Shown piece after piece: positions 1 to 9,720 of a stretch of 64,000 bases of DNA (positions within the stretch are counted from its first letter, which is position 1; each line of letters begins with the position of its first letter). Made by a program: the position numbers and the translations under genes. Under the pieces are notes generated by a model. The model worked only from the letters and a program-made list of their open reading frames with translations, was not told the origin of the DNA and made no database searches. Source of the DNA: a bacterium (GTDB lineage: Bacteria > UBA8248); contig OZ244799.1 in NCBI GenBank assembly GCA_965219955.1, forward strand, positions 2,144,001 through 2,208,000, in the 5' to 3' direction.

Positions 1-1554
1 CGCCTCACCCTCGCAGAGGGCGCGCTCGATGAAGCCTTCATGCGCGAGAGGACCAACGCCGCGTTCCTCGTGGACGCGGACACCGCCAGGTTCGTTACGG
101 ACCCGGGCGGCGCGCCGCTCGTCTGGGATGAAGACTCCGCCTCGGCCAGGCCGTTCGCCGCATGCGCGAAACCGGCCCTGACCGGGACGTATCAGGTGAA
201 CGGCGTCGGGTGCAGGCCCGCGCTCGATTATCTGAGAGACGCCGCCGAACCCTGGACGCCCGAGCGCGCGGCGCGCGAATGCGGCGTCTCGGCAGAGCAC
301 GTGCGCGCCATCGCGCGAGCGATGCGGAACGGGAAAGTCATCGTCTATTACGGGTCCTACCAGCGCACCGTGCACGGGGAGCAGGCCGTCCGCGCGCTGC
401 ACATCCTGAACCTCATGGCGGGCGCCTCGAAAGGCGTTTTGCGCCACGGGGCGCAAGGAGCGGGTTTTGACTCCAAGACGGCGCACGGAACCGGCCTCGC
501 CGAAGTGATGGCCGACCGCTGGGCCGTCCCCAATCCGGTCAAGCGCACCATCCCGACCGGCCGGATCGGCGAAGCCATCCTGAACCCCGACTCCTACGGC
601 GGCCCCGTGCACGCCGCGCTCGTGATGTGGGGCAACCCGGTCGGGCAGGCGGGCAACGCGCACAAGACCGAGCGCGCCCTGCGTTCTCTCGATTTCTGCG
701 CGGTGGCGGACATCTTCATGACGCCGACGGCGAAATGCGCGGACGTCGTTCTCCCCGCCTCCACCTGGCTCGAGCGCTGCGCGGTCACCGGGGGAATGGA
801 GGTGGGCAGCACCTTCTATCACCTCGCCCGCGAACTCAAGCCCAGGCACACCCTGCTCTATTCGACGGGCGCCATGCCGCCGCGCGGGGAGTCGCTCGAC
901 GATTTCGAGATCGTCTGCCGCCTGGCCGGGAAGATGGGCTACGGCGCGCACTTCCCGTGGAAATCATCGAGGGAATGGATCGAAGAACTCCTTGCGGCCG
1001 CGCAGGCGGACGCGCGCTTCCCCTGGTTTCAGGACGTGACGATCGAGAAACTCGAAGCCGAAGGCCAGGTCACCCTCGAAATCCCCGACGCCGCGCCGCA
1101 CTGGGATCTCGCCACCCCGCACGGGCGCGCGCAGGTCTATTTCGAGGATATCGAAAAACCGGTTCCCACGCATTTTCCGCCGGAAGAGTATGCGGCCGAC
1201 AACGGGGCGGACTACCCGCTTCAACTCTTGACGCCGAAGACCTATTTCCGCGCGAGTTCGACCTTCAACAACGCGAGAAAGCTCTTGCGCCACGGCTGGA
1301 ACGTCGCCACCCTGAACCCGGCGGACGCCGCCGCGAGGGGCATCGAGAACGGCGACAGCGTGCGTCTTAAAAACGACTATGGAGAATCCGCCTTCGAGGC
1401 CAGGGTGAGCGAGAGCATCCGGCCCGGCGTCGTGCACGTTCCTGCGGGCGGATTGCCCGAGGACGGCGCGGCCAACCAGCTCACCGGCGACGCCTTGTCC
1501 GAATACGAGAACGCCACGTTCAACAGCTACCGCGTGGAGGTGGAGAAAAGCTGA
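1..1554 (+). CDS. Molybdopterin-dependent oxidoreductase (DMSO reductase superfamily) catalytic subunit, 5'-partial
   Basis: Frame is open from base 1. Motifs DIFMTPTAKCADVVLPASTWLE and a C-terminal molybdopterin-dinucleotide domain (LNPADAAARGIENGDSVRL...RPGVVHVP). Confidence 0.85.
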   Translation, partial: RLTLAEGALDEAFMRERTNAAFLVDADTARFVTDPGGAPLVWDEDSASARPFAACAKPALTGTYQVNGVGCRPALDYLRDAAEPWTPERAARECGVSAEHVRAIARAMRNGKVIVYYGSYQRTVHGEQAVRALHILNLMAGASKGVLRHGAQGAGFDSKTAHGTGLAEVMADRWAVPNPVKRTIPTGRIGEAILNPDSYGGPVHAALVMWGNPVGQAGNAHKTERALRSLDFCAVADIFMTPTAKCADVVLPASTWLERCAVTGGMEVGSTFYHLARELKPRHTLLYSTGAMPPRGESLDDFEIVCRLAGKMGYGAHFPWKSSREWIEELLAAAQADARFPWFQDVTIEKLEAEGQVTLEIPDAAPHWDLATPHGRAQVYFEDIEKPVPTHFPPEEYAADNGADYPLQLLTPKTYFRASSTFNNARKLLRHGWNVATLNPADAAARGIENGDSVRLKNDYGESAFEARVSESIRPGVVHVPAGGLPEDGAANQLTGDALSEYENATFNSYRVEVEKS

Positions 1555-1629
1555 ACGGACGGGCGCGTTTCAATTCGTCTCGCAAGCACCATGTCTTTCC
1601 GCGATGGTTCCTGAAAAATCACGTTTCCC

Positions 1630-1977
1630 GTAGGGGCGGACCTAAGTGTCCGCCCCAATGTATTCGACGCTCAAATTTGCGCGTTGCAATGGTCGACATC
1701 TATGAAAATCGGGCGGACACTTAGGTCCGCCCCTACGAATGAGCAATCGCTCCCTCATCAGCCCGTAGGGACAGGTCGCGACCTGTCCCTACCAACCGCC
1801 TTGTGTCGTCATTCCGGCAATCAATGCCGACCGAGGAGGGAGGGATTGCCGGAATCCAGAGCCGATGAGAGTGCATAACAGGCGGCGGTTCATTGCCTCT
1901 CGCACGGGTCAGGCATAACGGCAAAAAATGAAGGGCGAAAGACAAATTCCCTGGATTCCGGCATTCGCCGGAATGAC
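1630..1977. repeat. Intergenic palindrome cluster: GTAG-REP doublet (1630-1736), 28-bp palindrome (1765-1792) and GTCATTCCGG...CCGGAATGAC doublet (1808-1977)
   Basis: gtaggggcggacctaagtgtccgccc pairs with gggcggacacttaggtccgcccctac; gtagggacaggtcgcgacctgtccctac is a perfect palindrome. Related units recur across the window. Confidence 0.85.
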
Positions 1978-2002
1978 GGGCAAGAAGATACCCAAGATAT
2001 CC

Positions 2003-2827
2003 CTACCTCCACTCCCACCCCTTGTGCTTGAGGAGCACCACCTCGGTGGGGCGCGGCAGCGTCCGGCGGCTGAAGACGTAGGTGTCGCTTTCGAGTCTCT
2101 TGACGCGCCTGAAAGCGCCGAGAAATACGTTCAGCTCCTCGAGCGAGCGGACGTCCATCGGAACCGCGACGTTGGGGCCCAATCTGTGGACGAAATCCGC
2201 CATGACTCTCGGGTTCATGGCGCCCGGGTCCGAGATGATCGCCAGGGCCACGTGAATCTTCCCCAGCCTTCTCAGCTGCTCGGGGTTCATGGGCGATCCC
2301 AGATCCCCCAGGTGGGCGATGCAGAGTCCGCCCGTCTCGAACAGAAAAGAAGAAGCCTTCGATTCGCCCGCGTCGAAATCATCACTACCCGTGCCCTGCA
2401 CGATGGGCACGTTGCGGATGCGCACGTCCCCTACCCGGTAATCCACCTCGTTCCATCGCTCCCCGTAGCCGAGCACGCCCCGCAAGACGACGGGGTTTCC
2501 ACCCAGCACCTCGACGGAACTGTGGTTCATCGCCGCCTCGCTCGTGGTGGCGACGTGGGGGCTGGTCCTGGGGATGGGATAGCCCCGGTGCGGCGAGAAC
2601 GGATCGGTCACGACCCGGATTCCCTCAGGGGAAATGATGCGGAAAAAAGCGTGGCCGAACCACTGGATGCTGATCCGGCGCGGGGCTTTCGCTACATGGA
2701 CGTAAGATACGGGAACTGCCTTCCTGAAGGGCATGTGGCGCACCAGGCCGGGCGAGCACTTGGCGAACGCGACGGCCGGCGCAGCCAGATGGCAAACGAG
2801 AAAAGCGAGGCAAAGCGCTTTTTTCAT
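2003..2827 (-). CDS. Secreted metallo-beta-lactamase-fold protein (Lactamase_B_3-like) with degenerate metal motif
   Basis: Signal peptide MKKALCLAFLVCHLAAPAVAFA; motifs IQWFGHAFFRI, VVTDPF and IAHLGDLG; RBS GGAGG. Confidence 0.75.
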   Translation of the reverse strand: MKKALCLAFLVCHLAAPAVAFAKCSPGLVRHMPFRKAVPVSYVHVAKAPRRISIQWFGHAFFRIISPEGIRVVTDPFSPHRGYPIPRTSPHVATTSEAAMNHSSVEVLGGNPVVLRGVLGYGERWNEVDYRVGDVRIRNVPIVQGTGSDDFDAGESKASSFLFETGGLCIAHLGDLGSPMNPEQLRRLGKIHVALAIISDPGAMNPRVMADFVHRLGPNVAVPMDVRSLEELNVFLGAFRRVKRLESDTYVFSRRTLPRPTEVVLLKHKGWEWR

Positions 2828-3139
2828 CCCTCCTCCCTCCAATCGGCGTTAAATGGATGAGAGAAATACTATCCTTTAATCAAGAGCGTGAGAAGCGATG
2901 CGCCCTCGCCGGGGCGACGGTTCGATAAAGCATAGGCGGCGGACAGGGGGGAGCGCCACAATCCGGGGGTTTCGCTTTGCACGTCATTCCGGCGGTGAGC
3001 AATCGCAACCGGGGATGGCTTTTTCAGCAACTCCACAGGGCTTCCCCCACAAGTTTTTCAAACAGCCCCCTTTATGACAGGATGAGGCAATTCTCGAACA
3101 TCCGGTTGCCGGCATTCGCTCATACGGAAAGGAATCCCC

Positions 3140-3832
3140 ATGCCCATCATCGATCTGAGTCTCGCCCACTACGACGAAATGGACCCCGTGGCGGCCGCCG
3201 TGGGCAAGATGATGAACGCCGAAACCTCCGTGCGGCGCAAGTTCTTCCCGCCCAAAAAAGAACCCGACGTCGTGTTCGTCGACAGCTGGCTCTCCATATT
3301 CGCCCACGCGGGCACGCACCTCGATTGCCCGCGCCACATTTACCGCTGGGGCAAGACGACGGACGAGGTGCCGCTCGACCGCTTCATGGGGCCGGCGTGT
3401 CTGCTCGATTTCTCATCCAAGGGGGCGGATGAGGCCATCTCCGCCGAGGATTTGGAAGCGCACGCAGGCCTCGTCCAGGAAAACGACATCGTGCTTCTGC
3501 GCACCGATTTCACGGACAAGTTCTGGGGTTCGGACGCTTATTTGAGAAACTCGCCCTTCTTGACCGGCGACGGTGCGCGGTGGCTCGTGGACAAGGAGGT
3601 GAAGGCCGCCGGCTTCGATTTTCTCCAGGAAGAGGAGGTGAAGAAGATTCCCGAGAACGTGCCCGAGAACTACGCCGTCCACCGGACGCTGCTGGGGAAC
3701 GGGATCATCCAGATCGAGCACATGACGAACCTCTCGGCCATACCGCAGGAGCGCTTCCAGGTTATCGCGCTGCCGCTCAAGATGCCGGGGATCGAAGGCT
3801 CCCCCTGCCGGGCCGTCGCCGTCGTGGACTAG
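3140..3832 (+). CDS. Cyclase family protein (kynurenine formamidase KynB-like)
   Basis: HAGTHLDCPRH metal motif; ALPLKMPGIEGSPCRAVA C-terminus. Confidence 0.9.
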   Translation: MPIIDLSLAHYDEMDPVAAAVGKMMNAETSVRRKFFPPKKEPDVVFVDSWLSIFAHAGTHLDCPRHIYRWGKTTDEVPLDRFMGPACLLDFSSKGADEAISAEDLEAHAGLVQENDIVLLRTDFTDKFWGSDAYLRNSPFLTGDGARWLVDKEVKAAGFDFLQEEEVKKIPENVPENYAVHRTLLGNGIIQIEHMTNLSAIPQERFQVIALPLKMPGIEGSPCRAVAVVD

Positions 3833-3870
3833 GTACTCGATTTTTCGGGACCTGGAAACGAAACTCTCGA

Positions 3871-4038
3871 TCAAGTTTGCATCTTTTGTCCAGCGAGAAA
3901 GCCTTCGATAATACCCTCGAGGCGCGATATTCTGGAACCCAGAGATGCTTCGAGGGATGATATACGCCCATCAAGTCTGTATATGTAGGCAAGTATTGCG
4001 ATTCCGAAAAAGGCGATTTCGATCATTTCAACGGTCAT
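3871..4038 (-). CDS. Small (55 aa) membrane-anchored coiled-coil protein
   Basis: AAGGAG RBS before the ATG at 4038; one hydrophobic helix (IEIAFFGIAILAYIY) followed by an amphipathic RISSLEASLGSRISRLEG. Confidence 0.6.
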   Translation of the reverse strand: MTVEMIEIAFFGIAILAYIYRLDGRISSLEASLGSRISRLEGIIEGFLAGQKMQT

Positions 4039-4184
4039 TTTCCACGCACTCCTTATGGACTCAGTTTTAGGTTTGGGTCCTCTGGAACGCTCGTACAACA
4101 TAACTTTATTATATTGGAGTTAGAATTTCAAACAGAAGGCTAAACGAAGCCCAGGGAAATCCTCACGCCCACGCTTTTCACCCG

Positions 4185-4847
4185 ATGGAGAAACCGATGG
4201 AAGACGCTCTCGAATTCTTCTCCCGCGCGCCGACGACGGCTATCGCGGACGCCTCGATATTTCTGGGCCTCGACCTCATCATGAAAGACGTCGGCCCGCT
4301 CACGCCCTTCACGGAGGAGCGCGTCGCCGCACCCGCGGCCACCATGCGCTTCGAGCCCGTCCAAGGCGAGGTGAACCCCGCCCGCGTGAGCCTCTACGGG
4401 ACGCACGAGGAGATGGAGCCGGGCAGGTTCGTCGTGCTCGCGACCGAAGCGAGCGACATGGCCGTTCTGGGGGCCAACGGGGCGCGCGTCATCCACCGGC
4501 GGGGCGCGGCGGGCGTCGTCACGGACGGGCGCGCGCGCGACGTTCTGGAAATCAGGGAACTGGGGCTTCCCGTGTGGTGCCGCGGACCAAGGCCCCTGCC
4601 CTACTCGAAGCGCCTCGTCGCGGCGGAGCGCGACGTTCCCGTCACCTGCTGCGGGGTGCGGGTGGCGCCCGGAGACATCGTCGTGGCCGATGCGGACGGC
4701 GTGGCCGTGGTGCCGAAGGATGAAACCGAAAGGGTGCGCGAGCGAACCCGAATCGTCATGGAAATCGAGGAGGAATTCACCCGACGGTTCGACGCGGGCG
4801 AATCGGGAACAGAACTCGTGAAGATGATGCGCAGAAAATGGGAGTGA
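4185..4847 (+). CDS. RraA family / 4-hydroxy-4-methyl-2-oxoglutarate aldolase-like protein
   Basis: GAAGVVTDGRARDV and VAPGDIVVADADGVAVVP motifs. Confidence 0.85.
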   Translation: MEKPMEDALEFFSRAPTTAIADASIFLGLDLIMKDVGPLTPFTEERVAAPAATMRFEPVQGEVNPARVSLYGTHEEMEPGRFVVLATEASDMAVLGANGARVIHRRGAAGVVTDGRARDVLEIRELGLPVWCRGPRPLPYSKRLVAAERDVPVTCCGVRVAPGDIVVADADGVAVVPKDETERVRERTRIVMEIEEEFTRRFDAGESGTELVKMMRRKWE

Positions 4848-5010
4848 AGATTACCGTGTTCAAACCATTACATTTATTTTGTTCCATCGCGCCCCTGGCC
4901 TTGTTATATTCTCACGACACGCGAGCGCATATTGCGGGCGAACCGCAGGCGCCGAATCGAGCGGAAACCGCACGGTCCCGCCGCAACCATCACGAGGACT
5001 CGAACAGAAA

Positions 5011-5295
5011 ATGAACGACCACAAGCCTTTGGAAGAAGATTTGAAGCTGGTAAGATACAGAAGCAGCTACTGGATCGTGCTCGAACCCGAAGGAATTCCG
5101 CTCGTCGAATTCGCCGCCAGACACCACGATACGCTCGGAGAACCGCTCTACCAGTGGATGAAAATTCATTTATCACGCGAAGCCATCATGCGCTTCCATG
5201 AATCCGGCAAATTCGACTGGGGAAGATTCAAGGACTTCATGGAATCCAAGGGGTGGGACATCAGCCGGAACGAACCCGGCATCATCAACGCCTGA
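5011..5295 (+). CDS. Hypothetical protein (94 aa)
   Basis: ATG at 5011 (MNDHKPLEED...), typical codon usage, fills the gap between neighbours. Confidence 0.55.
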   Translation: MNDHKPLEEDLKLVRYRSSYWIVLEPEGIPLVEFAARHHDTLGEPLYQWMKIHLSREAIMRFHESGKFDWGRFKDFMESKGWDISRNEPGIINA

Positions 5296-5367
5296 GCAGA
5301 AGCCGCCGAAAGAGAAAATCCATTGCCATACCAGCGCCGCCAGAATTAAGTCCAGGGAGAAATTCGC

Positions 5368-5958
5368 ATGATTAAAGTTTTGTTGACTCTCGCCTTGTTG
5401 TTGCCCGCCCTCACCGCGGAGGCGAGTGAGAACGCATCGTCGCACCACTCCAAATACGCCGGCCAGCAGAGCCGGGAGATCAAGAGCCTCTCGGCGGAAG
5501 ACATCGCCGAGCTCAAGCGCGGCGGCGGCTGGGGGCTGGCCAAGGCGGCGGAGTTGAACGGCGTGCCCGGGCCAATCCATCTTATGGAGATGAAGGACGA
5601 AATCGGTCTCAACGAGAGCCAGCGCTCGGCCATCACCGCCATATACGAGCGAATGAAGAGCCGGGCCATCCATCACGGCGAACGCCTGATCGATCTGGAG
5701 CGGCGACTCGAGAGCGATTTCCGCAACCGCACCATCACCGACGCGCTGCTGCGCGCTTCCTTGAGCGCCATCGCCGAAACGAAAAAGGAACTGCGCTACG
5801 TCCATCTGGCGGCGCACATCGAAACACTCAAAATTCTCGCGGAGAAACAGATCAGAACCTACAATGCGCTCAGGGGCTATACCAGTAATGACCCCTGCGC
5901 CAACGTCCCCAAGGGCCACAACGCGGAAATGTGGCGCAAGCACAACAACTGCGAATGA
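5368..5958 (+). CDS. Periplasmic Spy/CpxP-like helical protein
   Basis: Signal peptide; GWGLAKAAELNGVPGP; LNESQ and LAEKQ (LTxxQ-like) motifs. Confidence 0.65.
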   Translation: MIKVLLTLALLLPALTAEASENASSHHSKYAGQQSREIKSLSAEDIAELKRGGGWGLAKAAELNGVPGPIHLMEMKDEIGLNESQRSAITAIYERMKSRAIHHGERLIDLERRLESDFRNRTITDALLRASLSAIAETKKELRYVHLAAHIETLKILAEKQIRTYNALRGYTSNDPCANVPKGHNAEMWRKHNNCE

Positions 5959-6407
5959 TGACGAACCAGAGCGAGAGGCTCATCACGCTCAAGAGCAGGC
6001 TGGACGAGCGTGAACTCCACATCCTGAACATCGAACTCGACCGCCGCCGGAAATCGACGGGCGTCACGTTCGCGCTCTGGTTTTTTCTGAGTTGGCTGGG
6101 GCTGCACAAGTTCTATCTCGGCAGAATCGCGACGGGCGTCGTCTACGTCGTCGCCCCGTGGGTCCTGATCCTCGTCTTCATCTTCGGCTTCGTCATGGCG
6201 GAATCGAACCCCGAGGCGGGCGGCGCGACCGCCGTAGTGAGCGGACTCGCCTTGATCGCTTATGGCCTATGGTGGGTCGTGGATCTGTTCACGATCCCGA
6301 GGCAGGTGAACGCCTACAACGAGAACCTGGAACTGGAGATCATCGCCTCTTTGAACGCGAGAAAACAGCGGCCGGGCCTGTCGCCGAACCCCACGCGGCC
6401 GGAATAA
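5955..6407 (+). CDS. TM2-domain membrane protein
   Basis: KSTGVTFALWFFLSWLGLHKFYLGR TM2 signature and WWVVDLFTIP; ATGA overlap with the upstream gene. Confidence 0.85.
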   Translation: MMTNQSERLITLKSRLDERELHILNIELDRRRKSTGVTFALWFFLSWLGLHKFYLGRIATGVVYVVAPWVLILVFIFGFVMAESNPEAGGATAVVSGLALIAYGLWWVVDLFTIPRQVNAYNENLELEIIASLNARKQRPGLSPNPTRPE

Positions 6408-6433
6408 GGCCCCCTCGATATTCGTTTTTCGTC

Positions 6434-6862
6434 GTCATTCCGGCGAAAGCCGGAATCCATTTGCGGGTGCGGGTGAATGAACCGCGGCGTTTCATCCCCC
6501 GCTGATAGGGACTGTTGAAAAAGTCTTGTCAGGGGACACTGTCTTTAACTGGAAGGCCGCTTTCGCGCGAACCCCAGACCTCCCTCTTTGAAAGCAACCC
6601 CCCCTACCCCCCCTTGTCAGGGGTCAAAACCGACCGAAGAGGGAGGTTTTGCAAGACGATGTGTTTCTCGTCAATGGCTTATGCAAACGCTCGTTCATCA
6701 CTCGCGTTTGACCCCTGACAAGGGGGGTAGGGGGGGTTGCTTTTATTCCCTGAGGAGGGAGACATTTTCAACAGCTCCCAAGGGGAGGGAGTGATTTAGA
6801 AACCCGACCGAAAAGCGAGGGGACACTCCCCGCCCTCCTTAAAGGAGTTTTTCAACAACCTC
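6434..6862. mobile_element. Composite MITE-like cassette (IS-like ends at 6508 and 6779/6862; internal ~37-bp inverted repeat 6591-6628 / 6707-6743)
   Basis: gggactgttgaaaaag ... ttttcaacagctccc; inner aaagcaaccccccctacccccccttgtcaggggtcaaa and its reverse complement; GTCATTCCGGCGAAAGCCGGAATCCA at 6434. Confidence 0.75.
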
Positions 6863-6961
6863 TCATCGGTCGGGATTGACACCGGGACGCCAGGAATGGG
6901 AGATACATGCGTCCGGACGGCGCGCACCGAGTATCACATGATCGTCATCAAACCCCGGTGG

Positions 6962-8563
6962 TCACTTCCGCGCGTATTTCTTCCCGAGATTCTCCTCCCA
7001 GGTGAGGTAGCCCTCCATCGCGCTGCGCCCGATGTCATAAGGCTTGAGCTGCACGTCTTTGGGCAGTTCATCCAGCCCCTCACGCCCGGTTTCGAGAGGA
7101 AACCCGGCCTCCCGCCAGGCCGCCTTTCCACCTTCGAGATAGCCCGCCCTGCGGTAGCCGAGTCTTTGGAGAGCGAGCGCGCTCAGGGCGGATTTGCGCC
7201 CGTCCTCACAAACGCACATCACCCGCGCTCTCTTGTTCACCGCCCGCTCGGGCGCCTCCTCTTCCAGCCGGCCCCTGGACACCCAGACGGACCCCGGCAG
7301 ATGGCCCCTCTCATAGGAGGAACTCAAATCCACGTCCAGAACCGCGCCGAACCTCTGCCTCCTGGCGCTTGCCTCCCCCGCCGAATAGGCGCGCGCCTGC
7401 GCCCGCGCTTTTTCCAGGAGGAGCACATCGCCCGCCCCCGCCGGACTCTCTCCCGAAGCGGCCTCGCTGGGCTTCTCAAGCGCTCCGCCGGCCTCACACC
7501 ACGCCGCGAGTCCGCCGCGTAGCACGCTCACGTCGAGCCCCATCTGGCGAAGCCAGTAGGCCGCCATGACGCCGCGCGCGTTCTTGTCGCAATAGGCGAC
7601 GATTTTCCCCGTGCGCACCGCGATCACCTCGTCGGTGCGCTGCGCCGCCTGTCCGCCGGGGATGGAAATGGCCCCCGGTATGTGGCCTTCCGAGAACTCG
7701 GGCGCGAGGCGCACGTCGAGCACGTAGAGCGTGCTGGCGCCTGCTTGCGCCTGAAGGGCTCGAAGTTCCTCGACCGAGACGAAGGGAATCCCCTCTTCTT
7801 CGGCCACCTGCGCGCCGAGCACCTCCCCGTGGGCGCGGCTTTGTTCTGAGGGAGCGGGAATCTCGCTCGGTTTCCCCTCATCGAGCTGCAAGCCTTCGAG
7901 CATGATGCCCATGCCGCCGTTTTTGAGAGCGCGCGCGTGCGTGACGCCCAGCCGGTGAAGCGCCTGCGTGCCGATGATGCTGCGGGTGCGGCCGGCGCAG
8001 TTGATGATGAGAGGCGTTTCCCTGTCCTGGTCCAGATCCCACGCGTGGAGGATGAGTTCGCCTCCCGGCAGGCTCCGCCCGGTGGGGACGCAGAAACGCT
8101 CGAACTCCACCTCCGTCCTCGTGTCGAAGATGCGCGGCGGCGTGTCGCTCTCGATCAGGTCGAAAAGTTCCCGGGCCGTGATCTCGGGCACCTCGTTTTC
8201 CACGTGAATCCGCTCGCCGAAGTCCTTGCTCGGCACGTTCGTACCCGAAGCCGTGGGGAAGCCCTCGGCCTCCCATCCGCCCAGGCCGCCCTCGAGCACC
8301 GAGACGTCCGTATAGCCGCACTCTTCGAGAAGCGCCGCGACGAGCTCCGCCCTCGACCCGCCCTCATCCATGCACACAACGGGCGTCGCCTTCACGGGCA
8401 CGAGACGCTCGGCCAGGAATTCCACCGCGCCGCGCGGGGCGTTCGTCGTCATGAAGATCTGCTTTTCGTGAAATTCCATCGGGTCGCGCACGTCGAGCAC
8501 CGCGTGTGCGCTGGAACTTTCCATCAATTCCTTGAGTTCAACCGGCGATATTCTTTTCACCAT
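6962..8563 (-). CDS. Multi-domain (four) rhodanese-like sulfurtransferase
   Basis: Repeated D(V/T)R...EF...H(I/L)PG and LxGGxxxW motifs; active-site loop CAGRTRS. Confidence 0.9.
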   Translation of the reverse strand: MVKRISPVELKELMESSSAHAVLDVRDPMEFHEKQIFMTTNAPRGAVEFLAERLVPVKATPVVCMDEGGSRAELVAALLEECGYTDVSVLEGGLGGWEAEGFPTASGTNVPSKDFGERIHVENEVPEITARELFDLIESDTPPRIFDTRTEVEFERFCVPTGRSLPGGELILHAWDLDQDRETPLIINCAGRTRSIIGTQALHRLGVTHARALKNGGMGIMLEGLQLDEGKPSEIPAPSEQSRAHGEVLGAQVAEEEGIPFVSVEELRALQAQAGASTLYVLDVRLAPEFSEGHIPGAISIPGGQAAQRTDEVIAVRTGKIVAYCDKNARGVMAAYWLRQMGLDVSVLRGGLAAWCEAGGALEKPSEAASGESPAGAGDVLLLEKARAQARAYSAGEASARRQRFGAVLDVDLSSSYERGHLPGSVWVSRGRLEEEAPERAVNKRARVMCVCEDGRKSALSALALQRLGYRRAGYLEGGKAAWREAGFPLETGREGLDELPKDVQLKPYDIGRSAMEGYLTWEENLGKKYARK

Positions 8564-8599
8564 GTCTGCGAGTCCTTCCAATGTGTATGAGCCATACGC

Positions 8600-9496
8600 C
8601 TAGCGGGAGGGAATGCCCGCCATGCGCCTGAATACCTCGATGATGGCCGACGTGTCCGCGTCGGCGAGGCCGCCATGCTCGGCGGCCTGCAGCACCTGCT
8701 GGTGCACGGAGCTGAGCAGCATGGGGGAGCCGAGCTTCTGGCCCTGCTCCAGCATGAGCCGCACGTCCTTGTGGTGCTGCTTGATGCGCGAGAGGGGATT
8801 ACCGTAATCCGCGTGAATCATCCGGGGGCCGCGCTGGTCCATGGCCTTGCTGTAGGCCGCGCTGTCCTTGAGCACTTCGAGCAGGCGCTCCATCTCCAGG
8901 TCCGACTTCATGCCCAGAACGAGGCCTTCGGAGAGCGCCAGGCGCGTCAGGCCCAGCACGAGGTTGATGACGAGCTTCGTCCGCGCGCCCGCCCCGTTCG
9001 GCCCCATGTGGTGGATGGAGCGGGCGAACGTCGCCAGAATCGGCTCCCCCTTCTCGAAATCGCTCTCCTCGCCCCCGACGACGGAGACGATCTGCCCGTC
9101 GAGCACCTGGTTGCGCGAACCGCTCAGGCTCGCATCGAGAAAGCCGATGTTCCTGGCGCGGAGGTCTGCCCCGAGTTTTTGGGAATCATCGGGGCTCGCC
9201 GTCGAGGTGTCGATGACGATGAGGCCGTCCCGCGCCACGCTTGCGATGCCGCCCTCACCCAGGCAGCTTTCGCGGACGACGTGGCTGTAGAGCAGCGAGA
9301 TGATGACGAACTGCGCGTCCTCCGCCGCTTCCGCCGCCGAGCTTGTCGGAGTACCTCCGTTTTCGGCGAGCGCATCGAGCCTGCTCCCGTCGATGTCGAA
9401 CCCGCGCACGCGGTGGCCCGCTTCCATCAATTTTTGGCTCATGGCCGTTCCCATGAGGCCGAGTCCTACGATTCCGATGTTCACGCTATCCGTCAT
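8600..9496 (-). CDS. NAD(P)-dependent oxidoreductase, 3-hydroxyisobutyrate dehydrogenase family
   Basis: IGIVGLGLMG Rossmann motif, FLDASLSG, catalytic K in TKLVIN. Confidence 0.9.
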   Translation of the reverse strand: MTDSVNIGIVGLGLMGTAMSQKLMEAGHRVRGFDIDGSRLDALAENGGTPTSSAAEAAEDAQFVIISLLYSHVVRESCLGEGGIASVARDGLIVIDTSTASPDDSQKLGADLRARNIGFLDASLSGSRNQVLDGQIVSVVGGEESDFEKGEPILATFARSIHHMGPNGAGARTKLVINLVLGLTRLALSEGLVLGMKSDLEMERLLEVLKDSAAYSKAMDQRGPRMIHADYGNPLSRIKQHHKDVRLMLEQGQKLGSPMLLSSVHQQVLQAAEHGGLADADTSAIIEVFRRMAGIPSR

Positions 9497-9531
9497 TTCA
9501 CGTCTCCAAACATACGAAGCCATCCCCCCGA

Positions 9532-9704
9532 GGGCCGTTGAAAAACCCCATCAAGAAGGTCCATCAAAAACCCCCTCAAGGGGAGGGAATCCCTATCATC
9601 GAATTGTTCACCGTAGGGACAGGCCTCCGTGCCTGTCCTAACGCAGGACAACCACGGAGGGTTGTCCCTACAAAACCATCACGAAGGTTTTTCAACATCC
9701 CCCC
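9532..9704. mobile_element. MITE-like element with central GTAG-REP doublet (9613-9671)
   Basis: Ends gggccgttgaaaaac and gtttttcaacatcccc; interior homologous to the copies at 13558-13739, 27380-27591 and 47111-47301. Confidence 0.8.
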
Positions 9705-9720
9705 GAGAAAAGTATGAAAA

